The notes beneath the pieces are model-generated. The model did no database searches, was not told where the DNA came from, and saw only the letters and a list, made by a program, of their open reading frames with translations. Made by a program: the position numbers and the translations under genes. A DNA stretch of 63,859 nt, the filler included, from Octopus bimaculoides (taxonomy: Eukaryota), in the NCBI RefSeq assembly GCF_001194135.2. It is 5 parts of 5 records of this genome, joined end to end, with 100 filler letters (N's around TTAATTAATTAA, not from the genome) between each part and the next. Parts side by side here need not be neighbours in the genome. Positions count along the whole stretch, not along the records: positions 57,363 to 63,859 come from NC_069007.1; 4 more parts are not named here. One strand, written 5' to 3'. Below, in pieces: positions 63,190 to 63,859 of the stretch; within the stretch, counting starts at the first letter, position 1, and every line of letters starts with the position of its first letter.

Positions 63190-63859
63190 AGCACACAGAC
63201 GTGGCAATGTGGTAAGAAGTTTACAAGCAAACTACATGGTTGTAGGTTCAGTCCCACCGTGTAGCACCTCAATAAATTGTCTTCTGCCATAGCTCCAGCC
63301 CCACCAAAGCCTTGGGAGTGGATTTGTTGGATGGAAACTGTGTGGAAGCCTGTCATTTCTGTCTTTCTCCTGCCATCTATTTTTTACTTGTTTCAATTAT
63401 TGGACTGTGGCCATGCTAGAGCACTGACCCCAGGACTTATATATTTTTTTAAAACTGGTACATTTTTTATTGGTGTCTTTTAACAACATCAGTAACAAGG
63501 ACAAACAAACCAACACCAATTCCATCTACCAAATCATCTGACAAGGCTTTGGTCATCTTGGGGCTATAGTAGAAGACACTTGCCCAAGGTGCCACGCAGT
63601 AGGACTGAACCCAGAACCATGTGGTTGGTAAACAAGCTACTTACCACACAGCCACTCCTGCGCCTATAGCACACACACACACACACACACACACAATGGG
63701 ATTCTCTCAGTTTCCTACTGTGAAATCTACTCACAAGGCTTTGGTTGGTCCAAGGTTCCAAGGTTATAGTAGAAGACACTTGCCCATGGTGCCACGCAGT
63801 AGGACTGAACCTAGAATCATCTGGTTGGGAAGCCAGCCTTTTACCACACAGCCACATAT
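63190..63859. mobile_element. Cluster of OK-type SINE copies (+ ~63190-63350; - ~63520-63665; - ~63690-63859)
   Basis: Match the consensus or its reverse complement. Confidence 0.8.

Overview
AT-rich, microsatellite-dense, gapped eukaryotic DNA. The SINE families and repeat spectrum point to a coleoid cephalopod, probably Octopus (inference). Most ORF-track entries are artefacts of N gaps or microsatellites. Recognisable content is almost all transposable-element derived. It includes a decayed compact LTR retrotransposon (10028-13907, -) with a DDE integrase but DIRS-like RT/RNase H motifs, a Tx1/L1-clade LINE (15529-18962, +), and an RTE LINE (20198-23224) with a 12-bp TSD and an inverted 5' end. 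There are also several Penelope-like RT and GIY-YIG remnants, R4/Dong-type remnants, a hAT-type element with an 8-bp TSD, several MITEs/foldbacks, many tRNA-derived SINEs and at least five hammerhead-ribozyme-like motifs. No complete host gene can be assembled; a few short candidate exons on both strands suggest the window may be intronic. The best candidate is a signal-peptide-like first coding exon at 7740-7787 (+). No CRISPR, rRNA or intact tRNA genes were seen. Boundaries of decayed elements are approximate (tens of bp) unless a TSD is quoted.
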